Assembly (NCBI GenBank): GCA_963796685.1
Contig: CAWCMR010000025.1
Span: forward strand, 1,920,001-1,984,000
Reading direction: 5' to 3'
DNA from: an uncultured delta proteobacterium
Lineage (GTDB): Bacteria; Myxococcota_A; Polyangia; Fen-1088
DNA length: 64,000 nt
Under the pieces are notes generated by a model. The model worked only from the letters and a program-made list of their open reading frames with translations. It was not told the DNA's origin and did not search any database. How positions within the stretch are numbered: the first letter of the stretch is position 1; the number at the start of each line of letters is the position of its first letter. Below are positions 45,977 to 56,095 of the stretch, piece after piece. Both the position numbers and the translations under genes were made by a program.

Positions 45977-46879
45977 ATGGACCTTCGTGAACGTCTTGCG
46001 AGCCTGAGCATCAAGCGTTGGTCACTCGGTGACCGATGGGATGCTCTGCACGAACCGGCACGCGAAGACGGGGATTGGGGGCTCACCTTTCCGAGCGAGC
46101 CTTACTCCCGGATCTTCGACCGAGCTTTTCCTGACCTGGCCAAGAACCCATGGCGGGTGGTGGAGAGAAGTTGCGCAACTTTCTTTCGCGGCATCACCGG
46201 AGCCGACCTTCAGGCGGTACGCCAATTCATCGAAACCCTCCGCCCATGCGTCGTCATCAAGGATTTCACGAGCGCGAGCCTGGCGCTTGGCTTTCGTGCT
46301 AGGCAGAGTGCCAGCGGGGACCTGGAGGCGACCGAACTAGGCCAACTCATGCGAGACGCGAAGCCCTACAACGAACCTCCGACCGAGGACCATAAACGGT
46401 GTGGCACGGAGCTGGCTCGTCGCATGTGGACGTTCGTCAATGCGATGCCGTTCTATCGGGACGTCGATGGATTCGTGGCGGTGCCACCATCCGATCCCGC
46501 CAAGGCATTTTCGCTTCCGCGTGGTTTCGCCCGCGGCTTGGCCAAACGCACCCACAGACTCGATCTCAGCGGTGCCGTGACGAAGTTGAAGGTCACGCGA
46601 CAGCTCAAGAATCTGCCCCTGGAGCAGAAGGTGGAAGCCTTGGTCGGTTCGGTCAGCGTTGACGCAAGCAGGGTGGCCAACAAGACGATCGTCGTGGTTG
46701 ACGACCTCTATCAATCCGGCCTCACGATCAACTACATCGCCGAGGAGCTGCGGCAAGCCGGTGCCAAGGAGGTGTTCGGCTTGGCCGCGGTCAAGACCAT
46801 GCGCAACGACGATAACCTGCCGAGGATCGCTGCGTTCCCGAGTCTGGATGACAACTCGGGCGACGAGTTTCTGTTTTGA
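45977..46879 (+). CDS. ComF-like phosphoribosyltransferase
   Basis: VAVPPS, IVVVDDLYQSGLTI (PRPP-binding loop), LRQAGAKEVFGLA. Confidence 0.8.
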   Translation: MDLRERLASLSIKRWSLGDRWDALHEPAREDGDWGLTFPSEPYSRIFDRAFPDLAKNPWRVVERSCATFFRGITGADLQAVRQFIETLRPCVVIKDFTSASLALGFRARQSASGDLEATELGQLMRDAKPYNEPPTEDHKRCGTELARRMWTFVNAMPFYRDVDGFVAVPPSDPAKAFSLPRGFARGLAKRTHRLDLSGAVTKLKVTRQLKNLPLEQKVEALVGSVSVDASRVANKTIVVVDDLYQSGLTINYIAEELRQAGAKEVFGLAAVKTMRNDDNLPRIAAFPSLDDNSGDEFLF

Positions 46880-46890
46880 CTGGTTTGGCG

Positions 46891-47835
46891 ATGGACAAGC
46901 TCGAAACCATCCTCACTCTCATGAGACTTCCTGGGGTCGGCCCGGCGCGCATCCGGCGTGCGCTCGCGATCTTAGGTGCGGCACAGATGCCCATCGAAGA
47001 AGCGTTCAGCGAGAGTGGGCGTCGCTTGCTGAACGCCACAGGGGTGTCTCCGTCTGCTCCGCGCGCGGATATTGGCCACGTGGCCGAACAGCTTCGCCGC
47101 GAGGGCGTGCACTGTTTGGTGGCACCGTTTAGCGAGCTCGAGCTGCCGGAAATGGCGCGCAGGAATCTCCCGCCCGTCCTCTTCGCCAGTGGCCCCGCTG
47201 ACATGATGTCCGTCTCGAGTGTCGGTTTCTGTGGATCGCGAAGCGCGACCGAGCGCGGGCTGGCGGTTGCGTCCGACATCGCAGATCAGGTTGCCCGCCA
47301 GGGCCTCAACGTGGTGAGCGGCGGCGCCAAGGGTGTCGACATCACCGCGCACAAGACGGCGCTGTCGCACAGCGGGACCACCACCGTGGTCTTGGCCGAA
47401 GGGATCCTGCAGTACCGGATGCGGCACGAGCTGCGCGAGGTTTTCGATCCAGCGCGCACGTTGGTGGTCAGCGAGTTCTTCCCCGAAGACCGCTGGATCG
47501 CTGGCCGGGCCATGCAGCGCAACCGCAGCATCTGTGCCTTGTCGCGGGCACTGGTTCTCATCGAGGCCCGCGCAACCGGTGGCACCTTTGCCGCCGGCGA
47601 AGCGGCCCTCGCCATGGGCATTCCCTTATTCACAGCCGACTACAGCACGCAGCTCGAAAGCAACGGCGGAAACCGCATCCTCCTCGAGCGCGGCGCCGTT
47701 CGCCTGCGCCAGAGCCGCGGGACGGGAAGGGCGAACCTCACGCACCTTTTCGAATCGGTCGGCCGCAAGGATCCGCCAGGAGAGAATCGCGGTTTGGCCA
47801 CGGTCATCGGACAACAGGATCTCTTCGGGAGGTGA
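46891..47835 (+). CDS. DprA/Smf-family protein
   Basis: LPGVGPARI, PPVLF..G, VGFCGSR, VVSGGAKGVDITAH, SEF, RNR.I..LS..LVLIEA. Confidence 0.88.
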   Translation: MDKLETILTLMRLPGVGPARIRRALAILGAAQMPIEEAFSESGRRLLNATGVSPSAPRADIGHVAEQLRREGVHCLVAPFSELELPEMARRNLPPVLFASGPADMMSVSSVGFCGSRSATERGLAVASDIADQVARQGLNVVSGGAKGVDITAHKTALSHSGTTTVVLAEGILQYRMRHELREVFDPARTLVVSEFFPEDRWIAGRAMQRNRSICALSRALVLIEARATGGTFAAGEAALAMGIPLFTADYSTQLESNGGNRILLERGAVRLRQSRGTGRANLTHLFESVGRKDPPGENRGLATVIGQQDLFGR

Positions 47836-47919
47836 AGCGCGCAGCAAGGGCATCTCTTCCGGTTGATGTCAGCCGCGCGGAAGCGGGCGCTGTTCGAGGA
47901 GAATAGGGAGCCGGATGAT

Positions 47920-49290
47920 TCAGGGGCAGGAGCACGCGTACCCATCGTTGGAGATACAGCTGTAGGGACAGGTCGCCGGACATGTGCAGACGGCCCCGGC
48001 GCACGTCTGAAGCCCAAGGTTGCAGTACTGGCCTGCCACACACTGAATGGCCGATGTGCATGATCCACTGGACTGCCTGCGCAAGCACGTTCCCACGCTA
48101 CAATAGGAAGCCGCAGATATGTAGGAGCCTGCGTCGCAGTCGCTGTTTCCGTTGCATTGCGTGGTGCATGCTGTTCCCTTACAGGCGTACGGCGCGCACG
48201 CCTTACTCGAAGCGGCACGGCATGTCCCCGCCCCATCGCACGTTCGCGCGGTGCTGGCGGTGCCAGCCGAGCACGTTGCGGTGGCGCATTCCGTCCCATC
48301 CGGCCACAAACGGCATCCGCCATTGCCGTCGCACGTACCGTCGCGTCCGCAGGTGGAGGCGAGGTCTTGCGTGCATTCGCCGCGCGGGTTCTGGCCTACC
48401 GGAACCATCGTGCATTGGCCAGGCGAGGTTGGTAGGTTGCACGCCATGCAGACGCTGGCGCAGGGGCTTTGGCAGCAAACGCCGTCGACACAATTCCCAC
48501 TCGCACACTGTTCCTTTGCGGTGCACGTCTGACCAAGGGGGCCACCAGCGGACGCGTCTGGCTGGGTTGGCGGTGTATCAGGCTGAGGGGATGGGGCATC
48601 CCACGTGAGTTGAGTATCCGACGCACCTTCTTGGCCTCCATCGGATCCGAGGGAGGCGTCCGCCTGATCCGGCTGAGGGATCCCTGGATCTCCCGCCAGA
48701 TCTCGCGGAACGACGGAGTCCGCGGCGGTCTCAGCACGGGTCGTGTCGACTGGACCTTCCACCCACGTGTCCGGGTTCTCCTTGTCGGGCGCCGAGCTGT
48801 CGGGAATGCCAGCGTCCGGCAGCAGGCCTTCCCACTGGCATCGGAAATCGCAACCATCGAAGGAGAACTGATTGTTGTCGTCGCAAGCTTCGCTGGAATC
48901 GATGATTCCGTTGCCGCATGTGGAGGCGCCGGCCACGAGTGTGACGGAGACTGTCGCTGTGCCTCCCACGACGATCTTGGTTTGGGCAGTACCATGGGCT
49001 GAGGGCTGCCCAGCGCTGTCAAGGCCGTCAAGGGCCAGGTCCAACTCTCCGAAGCGCGAACGTGATACGACGACTGCGAAGGATGCCGTGGCAGCCATCT
49101 GGGTCTTGGATGCGCTAGCGGGATAGGTCTTGGTGTCGTGTGCCTGTGCTGTCGACATCGCTACTTGAAGCGAATAGATGGGCTGCACGTCCGCGTTGAT
49201 GGCGACATTCACGACAACTACTGAATCCGGCTCCTTGCACGCGGAAAGACCGGCGAGCATACCGAGGATGATGAATAGACGCATCTTCAT
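47920..49290 (-). CDS. Cys-rich lipoprotein (myxobacterial-type disulfide repeats)
   Basis: Lipobox LSAC; CGNGIIDSSEACDDNNQFSFDGCDFRC; CASGNCVDGVCC...; ATGA overlap with the TPR gene. Confidence 0.75.
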   Translation of the reverse strand: MKMRLFIILGMLAGLSACKEPDSVVVVNVAINADVQPIYSLQVAMSTAQAHDTKTYPASASKTQMAATASFAVVVSRSRFGELDLALDGLDSAGQPSAHGTAQTKIVVGGTATVSVTLVAGASTCGNGIIDSSEACDDNNQFSFDGCDFRCQWEGLLPDAGIPDSSAPDKENPDTWVEGPVDTTRAETAADSVVPRDLAGDPGIPQPDQADASLGSDGGQEGASDTQLTWDAPSPQPDTPPTQPDASAGGPLGQTCTAKEQCASGNCVDGVCCQSPCASVCMACNLPTSPGQCTMVPVGQNPRGECTQDLASTCGRDGTCDGNGGCRLWPDGTECATATCSAGTASTARTCDGAGTCRAASSKACAPYACKGTACTTQCNGNSDCDAGSYISAASYCSVGTCLRRQSSGSCTSAIQCVAGQYCNLGLQTCAGAVCTCPATCPYSCISNDGYACSCP

Positions 49291-49958
49291 GGTAAGGCCC
49301 TCTGTGAGCCGAGACTGGTGCTGGGGATCTTCGTGGGATCCCGAGTTGCCATGATGACTGCGACGGTGGCGGCACCCGCGGCCACAGCGCCCGCGGCGGT
49401 CCAGAACCACCATCGCTTGTAGATTGGGCTGGATGGCTGAGGCGACGGCTCACTTCGCGTCCTGAGGTCAACACCCGCTGTCTGGATTGGCGCGCCGGAA
49501 ACCTGAGCGATGGCGTTGTCCTGCGCCGCTTGGGAGATAGGAGATGCTTGCGCCTTGGTCCTGGTCGAAGTCGCGATTGCCGCACTTTCAGCGTCCCGCT
49601 GCGATTCCAATTCCGCGATGCGCCGGTCCACCTCATTCCGGTTCTTGGCATCCGGCGCTTCGCGCAAATAGCTCCGGTAGAAGGTGATGGCGTCGGTGAC
49701 GTGTCCGAGCTTCCTGTGACACTGTCCGATGTTGAACAGGAACACGGGGTCGGGTTTGCTTCGGTACGCCTCCTTGAATTCGGCAAGCGCTTGCTCGAAC
49801 TCGGCTAGATTGAAGTGTTGCAGGCCTGCCGCGTAGTGCGCTTTTGCCGCGGTCGTATCGTCTTGGGCAAATGTCTTCGACGGACACCATGCGAGCGAGA
49901 GCACCAGGGCCACGATGGCAACCAGATCGATGTGACGTGAAGTCGGTGCCGAAAGCAT
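49287..49958 (-). CDS. secreted TPR protein with C-terminal WW-containing hydrophobic segment
   Basis: AKAHYAAG..HFNL.EF.QA..EFKEAY...PDP..LFNIGQCHR; PIYKRWWFWTAAGAV. Confidence 0.78.
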   Translation of the reverse strand: MLSAPTSRHIDLVAIVALVLSLAWCPSKTFAQDDTTAAKAHYAAGLQHFNLAEFEQALAEFKEAYRSKPDPVFLFNIGQCHRKLGHVTDAITFYRSYLREAPDAKNRNEVDRRIAELESQRDAESAAIATSTRTKAQASPISQAAQDNAIAQVSGAPIQTAGVDLRTRSEPSPQPSSPIYKRWWFWTAAGAVAAGAATVAVIMATRDPTKIPSTSLGSQRALP

Positions 49959-50030
49959 CAGACCACCGCCAGTCTATCACGCTATTATAGTGGGCTGTAA
50001 TATAGTGGCGCCCCGCGATGTGCTGGAGGG

Positions 50031-50363
50031 GTGAAGTTCGACTCGTTCCTCAGGCAGCTCGGGGCAAATATCCGCCAAGCGCGGTGGATCGCCGGCCTGA
50101 CACAGGAAGAGGTAGCTGCCCAAGGGCTCACCTACAGGTACTTCCAGGAGATGGAGCGCGGTCGCCGCAATCCGACGATGCGCACCTTGTTCACGTTGGC
50201 GCGGATTCTTGGTACTTCGGTGTCACTGCTCACGCAGACGGATCAGGACGCAAGGTTGCCCGTCCGCGAAGCCCTGGCTGATGTCGCCGCGCAGCCGCCG
50301 CGGCGTGGTCGGAAACCGCGGACCGCCAGACGAGCGGGACGAGGCGGCAAGCGCGCAGGCTAG
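50031..50363 (+). CDS. XRE-family HTH regulator
   Basis: LGANIRQAR...GLTQEEVA....YRYFQEMERGRRNPTMRTL; GGAGG RBS. Confidence 0.85.
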   Translation: MKFDSFLRQLGANIRQARWIAGLTQEEVAAQGLTYRYFQEMERGRRNPTMRTLFTLARILGTSVSLLTQTDQDARLPVREALADVAAQPPRRGRKPRTARRAGRGGKRAG

Positions 50364-50500
50364 CCAGCTCAATATCCACAGGCCGGGTCAAAGTCACATT
50401 CACCTCACAGCCCGGGTTGGTGAACGCGACCGAGCGCGTGGCGGCGGAGAGGGGACACCGAAGTGCGTGGCAGCTCCTGGTGACGCGGCGAGTTTGCGCG

Positions 50501-51127
50501 CTACTTCGGGGCCAGCGGCTTCTCGCCCTCACCGGCGGGCGCTCCCCAACGCTCCTCCACGCTTCGGGTCGCGGCGACTATGTCCGCCTGTCCAAGTGGC
50601 CGCCTTTGACCACTGGCCGGGTCGACGATCTCGCCGAGATCCGTCGCCTCGGCGACGCCGTCCTCATGGCCTCGGCGATATTCGCCCCGAAGCCGTTCGG
50701 ATAGGGCAGAGACCAGCTCGACCAGGTGAGCCTCGTCGCGAGGTCGGCCCCGAAGCAGGGTGGCGAGCGGTTCAAGAGACAGCTGCCCGATTGTAAGGCA
50801 TGTTGCCATCTGATCGTACTCGCCCCGCAGGCCGCGAATGACCGCCGGGAGTTGTTTCAACGCGATTACTGCCTCGGGGAGTGATTTGCCATCTCTAAAC
50901 AGCTCGAACGCGGCGGAGCAGACGGCGCCGGTCGTCTCGGCACCTGGCTCTCCGTCGACGGCGCCGCGGAGAACGGCGGCCACCTCATGGGGCTCGTAGC
51001 GATAACTGCCGTCCGGCGCCTTGGTGGGGTGGAAGGTGACGTTGTCTCGTGTCTTGACCTCCGCCTCGGTCACGCCCAGGAGCGCGGCGACTTGCCGGCG
51101 GGTAAGCAGGGTTGCTGTGCTTGCCAT
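50501..51127 (-). CDS. hypothetical protein with N-terminal excisionase/MerR-like HTH
   Basis: LLTRRQVAALLGVT...FHP....DGSYRYEPHEV. Confidence 0.6.
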   Translation of the reverse strand: MASTATLLTRRQVAALLGVTEAEVKTRDNVTFHPTKAPDGSYRYEPHEVAAVLRGAVDGEPGAETTGAVCSAAFELFRDGKSLPEAVIALKQLPAVIRGLRGEYDQMATCLTIGQLSLEPLATLLRGRPRDEAHLVELVSALSERLRGEYRRGHEDGVAEATDLGEIVDPASGQRRPLGQADIVAATRSVEERWGAPAGEGEKPLAPK

Positions 51128-51362
51128 GGGATTTTCCATTCTTTCGTTTCCAAAGGTTGATGCGAACGGCGTAACTCCTCGGATCTTCACGGCCCAGGAG
51201 GCGCCTGGCGTCGTTTCAGCTGGCCGCGGGATGGCCTTTCCATGGGATCTTCCCAGGGATCCGGGCGAAATCCTGGACAGGCTGGCGTTGGCGTCCGTCC
51301 AGGGAACCGGTGGAAACTGCGGTCACCCTACTTGTCTCACCTTCAATTGCGAGGAGGACAAA

Positions 51363-52703
51363 ATGATCGGTCAAGGCATCAACACGCAGCGAATCCAACG
51401 ATGGAGTACAGCCGTAGTCTTCGGTCCGAGCGCCCCTGCCGGCGGTCTCAGGCTGACGCTCCACCATGCCTCTATCGACGAGGCACAACGACTACTTCGA
51501 ACCTGGGAGCTTGATAGCATTCCACAGAGGGAGGACTTCAACGATCTCGTCGAGGAAATCGATCGAGAGGCTGCCGAGGACGCCTCGCAGCTTGGCTGGG
51601 GCGTGCAACGCTACGTTCTGCGAGCGACCACCAGCGACGGACGCGAGCTTGGCAGCTTGGCGTTAAGGTACTCGGCGAATGCTGCACAGTCGGGCGAGCT
51701 TGGTGCATTCGTCGACTCGGAGCCGGCGAATGCCCGTGGACAAGTCGCACTGGCGATGCGCCACACGGATGGTGCGTACCGACTTCTAGGTGCCGGGTTT
51801 GGGACCATCCTTGACTCTTTGAATCGGCGTCTGGGTCAGCAAGACGCTCTGTTAGAGAAGACCATGGAGGCGCACTCACGCCTCTATGAGTTGATAGGTG
51901 AAATGGCGGACAAACGCATCGAGCGAGAGGTCTGGGCGGAGACAAAGAAGAAGGAAGCGGAGATCGATCTGCACCGGCAGCTCTCCGAGCTGGATCGCCG
52001 CGATATGTGGACGAAGATGGGCTTCGAGCGGCTGGCGCCCTTGATCCCGGTCTTGCTAACCAAGCTGGGTGGCAAGGGAGCTGCCCCAACACAGGCCACT
52101 CCTCGGGACGAAGTCCTTGCAGGTATCTTCGAAACCTTGACCCCGCAGCAGTTCGCCGTCTTGCAAAGCGCATTGAACGACTCGCAGATGGCGGCGCTGA
52201 TGTCACTGCTTGCCGATCTCCAGGAGGTCCGCTCGCCCGGAATGGCAACGGCCCCGGCGGGGGGGACATCGTCGCCAAATTGCAAGCCGTCAGAAGAAAC
52301 GGGAGTCCTGGCCATGGCGCGCATCAAGCAAGAACTGTTGCCGTGGGCAATCGAACGGTTGAAGTCGGCTCAACCGCTCGACCCACCGACGGAAATGGCC
52401 GCGGCCGTGAAGATCTTCAGACTCCTCGTCACGGCCCTTCCACGCGAACAATACGACGAGCTCGTCACGAAGAACGGACCTCTCACGCCCGCTGAGCGCA
52501 CAGCCTTCGCAAGACTCGCACAGCACCTCAAGCTCGTGCCCGAAGGGGCCGCTGCGCCACCACCGATGGCCGGCAGCAGGTCCCCCGGGAAGACGGCCTC
52601 CACTTTGGCCGAGGCCATCACGAAGGGCATGCCGATCCTGCCCACAGGCTTCGTGTTTAGGCCTCATACGGCAGGTGCAACGGACCCCAAGACAGGTAAG
52701 TAG
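51363..52703 (+). CDS. hypothetical protein
   Basis: GAGGAGG RBS before ATG 51363; long helical ORF. Confidence 0.65.
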   Translation: MIGQGINTQRIQRWSTAVVFGPSAPAGGLRLTLHHASIDEAQRLLRTWELDSIPQREDFNDLVEEIDREAAEDASQLGWGVQRYVLRATTSDGRELGSLALRYSANAAQSGELGAFVDSEPANARGQVALAMRHTDGAYRLLGAGFGTILDSLNRRLGQQDALLEKTMEAHSRLYELIGEMADKRIEREVWAETKKKEAEIDLHRQLSELDRRDMWTKMGFERLAPLIPVLLTKLGGKGAAPTQATPRDEVLAGIFETLTPQQFAVLQSALNDSQMAALMSLLADLQEVRSPGMATAPAGGTSSPNCKPSEETGVLAMARIKQELLPWAIERLKSAQPLDPPTEMAAAVKIFRLLVTALPREQYDELVTKNGPLTPAERTAFARLAQHLKLVPEGAAAPPPMAGSRSPGKTASTLAEAITKGMPILPTGFVFRPHTAGATDPKTGK

Positions 52704-52807
52704 GGCCGGACGCTGGCGCACGGGGCCTCTGACCCTTGCAGATAGGGCGGCTGGGGTGTCCACGGCGAAAGCACGTGTTTGCCCCGTGCGTAAGCTAGAA
52801 TTTGTGG

Positions 52808-53701
52808 ATGGGCAAGACGAAGAAGGGAGGAAATTCTGGAAAGCGCGGTCCCGCGCGGCTAGACCCGAAACCGGAGCAAATTGCTCGAGTACCAGAATTG
52901 CGGACGCGGGCGCGCCGTATTCATCAGTTCAACCAAGGATTCGACTTACTGAGGGAGGCTGCGGCCCTGGCACGCAGCAGCGATGAGAAGATAGACGCTG
53001 CTGAGAAAGTATGGAAGCAGCTGCTGTTGGCCCGCGAACCAAGGAAGGAGCGAACGAAGCTGACCAACCTTGAAACGGAAGGTTGTGCTTCGCCTGGCCT
53101 CGGCACCGAGCGGGCCGGGGGGCCAACAAACGGGGCGGCATCGAACGAGACAACGGCTTCGGCCCGGATGGCCCCGCCGCCTTTCAGTCGACCACGCTAT
53201 TCAGTCGTCACCGACGTGGGAATCGGTGGAAAGCCCGGTCTCCTTATGGCCGCCGCTCGCGGTCTGTTGCGGAGGGTTGACAAGGTTCTCAGGGAGGCGC
53301 TCCGCGAGGCTGCGGACGGTGAGGATGTTGCCGAACCGGGTGAGGGGGTGGATCACATATTCTATCGGCTGATCGAGAGCGAATTGGGACTGAAGGGGAC
53401 GGCAGCCGCGAGGCTGTTGGCTGACGGGAAGAAGCTGGAGAAGATGGAGAAATTCGAGCAGCGGATAGCCGAGGACCGCCTCAGAAAGCGAGTGACTGGA
53501 CGGCAGAAGGCGTCGAAGAAGGTGTTCGATCAGGCAAAGGCGGATTTCTTGCCAGGGTTCCAAGCGGCGCTTGCGAAGCAAGGGATCCAGTTTGATCCGG
53601 GGGACGAGCCATTACTGGATCAGCTTATCCGCCAGACACTCCTTGAGGCCACAGTCGATCCAACGCTTGACCCGCAGGTCCCCCGCGTCAAGCTCCGGTA
53701 A
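52808..53701 (+). CDS. hypothetical protein
   Basis: Open ~297 aa charged helical ORF. Confidence 0.55.
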   Translation: MGKTKKGGNSGKRGPARLDPKPEQIARVPELRTRARRIHQFNQGFDLLREAAALARSSDEKIDAAEKVWKQLLLAREPRKERTKLTNLETEGCASPGLGTERAGGPTNGAASNETTASARMAPPPFSRPRYSVVTDVGIGGKPGLLMAAARGLLRRVDKVLREALREAADGEDVAEPGEGVDHIFYRLIESELGLKGTAAARLLADGKKLEKMEKFEQRIAEDRLRKRVTGRQKASKKVFDQAKADFLPGFQAALAKQGIQFDPGDEPLLDQLIRQTLLEATVDPTLDPQVPRVKLR

Positions 53702-53773
53702 TTCTGGACGCCACCTTCGTTCCAGACGTCCACGACTGGGTTCGTGCGGTCTGGGAGGCTCTTGCTCGCGACC

Positions 53774-54082
53774 ATGCCGAGCGTGCCTCGTACAAGGAAT
53801 ACCCACTTGCTGATCGATGGTGAACCCGTCGGTCTGGATCGCGTTGCCGACGCCATCGCCGACAAGGTGATCGAGCGCCTCGGGCGCCGTGGTATCCTTG
53901 AGGCCTCTGGCATTCGGTCGCACCGCCGAAAGGAGGGCACCCAATGGTGCGACAAGACGAACACCGGGGCCGAGTCCATGGACCGTACCCCAATAGGAGA
54001 CAGTGGCGAATCGTCGTGGTCCATGAAGATGGCCAACGAGATCATCGCTACTTCCCGACGGAAGAAGAAGCAAAACAAGTAG
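53774..54082 (+). CDS. small hypothetical protein overlapping the integrase start
   Basis: ORF with upstream GGAGG; LDRVADAIADKVIERL. Confidence 0.35.
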   Translation: MPSVPRTRNTHLLIDGEPVGLDRVADAIADKVIERLGRRGILEASGIRSHRRKEGTQWCDKTNTGAESMDRTPIGDSGESSWSMKMANEIIATSRRKKKQNK

Positions 54083-55122
54083 CTCGATCATTGCGGCGAA
54101 TATTCAAGAAGGCAGCCGCCAAATCTCTCATGAAAGCATTGGAAGAATACGAAGTGTTCATGCGCGACGACCTTGGCAACAAGCCGACGTCGACGAAAAC
54201 GACGGCGGCGCGGTTGACCCAGTTCTTCTTGGGCTACGACGGTAGCCTGGAAGATCTGGACGAGGCCGAGTGTGTCCAACGATACGAGACGCTCCGAAAC
54301 CACACCACGGTTCAGGGCAAGCGTATCGCGGACACCACGCATCTGAACACCTTGGCGCAAGTAAAGACGTTCCTTGCCTGGTGCGTGAAGAAGGGCTGGG
54401 CGAAATCCAACTCGGCGGCGAACGTCGAAGGGAAGGGGAAGTATCGGCACGGGAAACCACAACTTCGTGTCGATGAGGCGAGGCGGTGGCTGGCGACGGC
54501 GCTGAAGATCGCCCGAAAGGCGGAATCGGAAGGTGAGAAGGAAGGGGCGTTGAAGGCTATCCTAACGCTGGTGTTGGGGCTGCGAGAGTCGGAGGTGCTG
54601 AACCGACAGGTTCGGGACGTCGACGATGGTGGGCGTTTGTTGTGGATCCCTGACACGAAGACGGAGGCAGGGCGGCGAACGCTGGAGGTGCCCGACGAGA
54701 TTGTTTCTCTCCTGCTTCGGCAGGCTGGGAACAGGCCCGGGATGGAGCCGCTCTTCGCGCACCGGACACGTGGTATCGGGAGGAAGTGGGTCCAGCGGAT
54801 CTGTCGGCGTGCCGGGGTGATGGTGGTCGGAGCGCAATCGATGAGGGGCCTGCACGCCACCCTCGCCGTGAAGGCTGGCATCACCAGCCACGCGGTGGCC
54901 TCGGCGTTGGGCCACACGTCGTTCTCCACGACAGCGCGGAGCTACGCCAAGCCCGAGGCGGTGGCGGGGGCCAAGCAGCAGCGAGCGATGGCGGCGTTGA
55001 TCTCACCAACGCCTGCGAACGAAAACGCCGACGAGCACCTAGACGGAGAGAAGTTGCACAACTTTCTGCACAACTTTTCGCCGTCTTCAGCTACAGCGTC
55101 AAAAGGCCGGTTGGCCAACTAA
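53944..55122 (+). CDS. tyrosine recombinase / integrase
   Basis: AAGGAGG RBS; LGLRESEV (catalytic R), TKT, QSMR (HxxR variant), LGH, catalytic Y in TARSY; ends 21 nt from the tRNA 3' end. Confidence 0.88.
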   Translation: MVRQDEHRGRVHGPYPNRRQWRIVVVHEDGQRDHRYFPTEEEAKQVARSLRRIFKKAAAKSLMKALEEYEVFMRDDLGNKPTSTKTTAARLTQFFLGYDGSLEDLDEAECVQRYETLRNHTTVQGKRIADTTHLNTLAQVKTFLAWCVKKGWAKSNSAANVEGKGKYRHGKPQLRVDEARRWLATALKIARKAESEGEKEGALKAILTLVLGLRESEVLNRQVRDVDDGGRLLWIPDTKTEAGRRTLEVPDEIVSLLLRQAGNRPGMEPLFAHRTRGIGRKWVQRICRRAGVMVVGAQSMRGLHATLAVKAGITSHAVASALGHTSFSTTARSYAKPEAVAGAKQQRAMAALISPTPANENADEHLDGEKLHNFLHNFSPSSATASKGRLAN

Positions 55123-55143
55123 CCAGAAATACTAGCTTAAATG

Positions 55144-55216
<73 letters not shown>

Positions 55217-55300
55217 TTGACCCGGCGAGCCGGGTGCAGGGATTGTACTTAGGACGATCAGGTTTGCAACCGGGAACTGGACTCGTCGTATTCTCGGCCC

Positions 55301-56095
55301 GTGGGACGCGAGGACAAGAGTCCGACCGAGGAAGCCGAAACTCCGCCAAAGGCCAGCAAGGTGCGCGCGGACGTGGCGGTTTTCGAGCAGGGGCTGGCGC
55401 CATCGCGCGAGCGGGCGCAGGCGCTCATCCTGGCCGGCCAGATCCTGTGCGGCGATAGGCCGGTGGACAAGGCGGGCGAGAAGCTGGCGGCGGGCGCGGT
55501 CCTGCGCCTGCGCGGCGAGCCCATGCCCTTCGTCTCGCGCGGGGGGCTCAAGCTGGCCCATGCGCTGGAGGTCTTCAAGGTGGAGGTGGCCGGCGTGGTG
55601 GCGGTGGACGTGGGGGCGTCGACGGGCGGATTCACCGACTGTCTGCTGCAGCGGGGGGCCGGCCGCGTGTACTGCATCGACGTGGGGCACGGCCAGCTCG
55701 ATTGGAAGGTCGCCTCCGACGCGCGTGTGGTGGTCATCGACCGCACCAACATCCGCCACATGCCGCCCGAACGCATTCCCGAGCGCTGCTCGCTCGCCGT
55801 GGTCGACGTCTCGTTCATCTCGCTGCGTCTGGTGTTGCCCACGTTGCCCCCGCTGCTGGTGCCGGGCGCGCCCGCGGTGGTGCTGGTCAAGCCGCAGTTC
55901 GAGGTGGGGCGGGAGAGGGTCGGCAAGGGCGGCATCGTGCGCGACGAGGGGGATCGGCGGCAAGCCATCGACGACGTGGCAAAGTCGGCCCTATCGCTCG
56001 GGTTCGCGGTCCTCGGCGAAACCACGTCGCCCATCACCGGGGGCAAGGGGAATGTGGAGTTTCTGCTCCATCTGCGGTTACCATCGACGCCATGA
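55301..56095 (+). CDS. tlyA: TlyA-family rRNA methyltransferase
   Basis: S4 domain; FVSRGGLKL, DVGASTGGFTDCLLQRGA, DVSFISL, LVKPQFE. Confidence 0.93.
   Translation: MGREDKSPTEEAETPPKASKVRADVAVFEQGLAPSRERAQALILAGQILCGDRPVDKAGEKLAAGAVLRLRGEPMPFVSRGGLKLAHALEVFKVEVAGVVAVDVGASTGGFTDCLLQRGAGRVYCIDVGHGQLDWKVASDARVVVIDRTNIRHMPPERIPERCSLAVVDVSFISLRLVLPTLPPLLVPGAPAVVLVKPQFEVGRERVGKGGIVRDEGDRRQAIDDVAKSALSLGFAVLGETTSPITGGKGNVEFLLHLRLPSTP

Larger units (their letters stand above)
4835..55143. mobile_element. tRNA-Ala-integrated genomic (defence) island; left boundary approximate
   Basis: Integrase next to the tRNA 3' end, dense defence/TA/IS cargo, housekeeping genes on both sides; no att duplicate found by eye. 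Confidence 0.65.
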
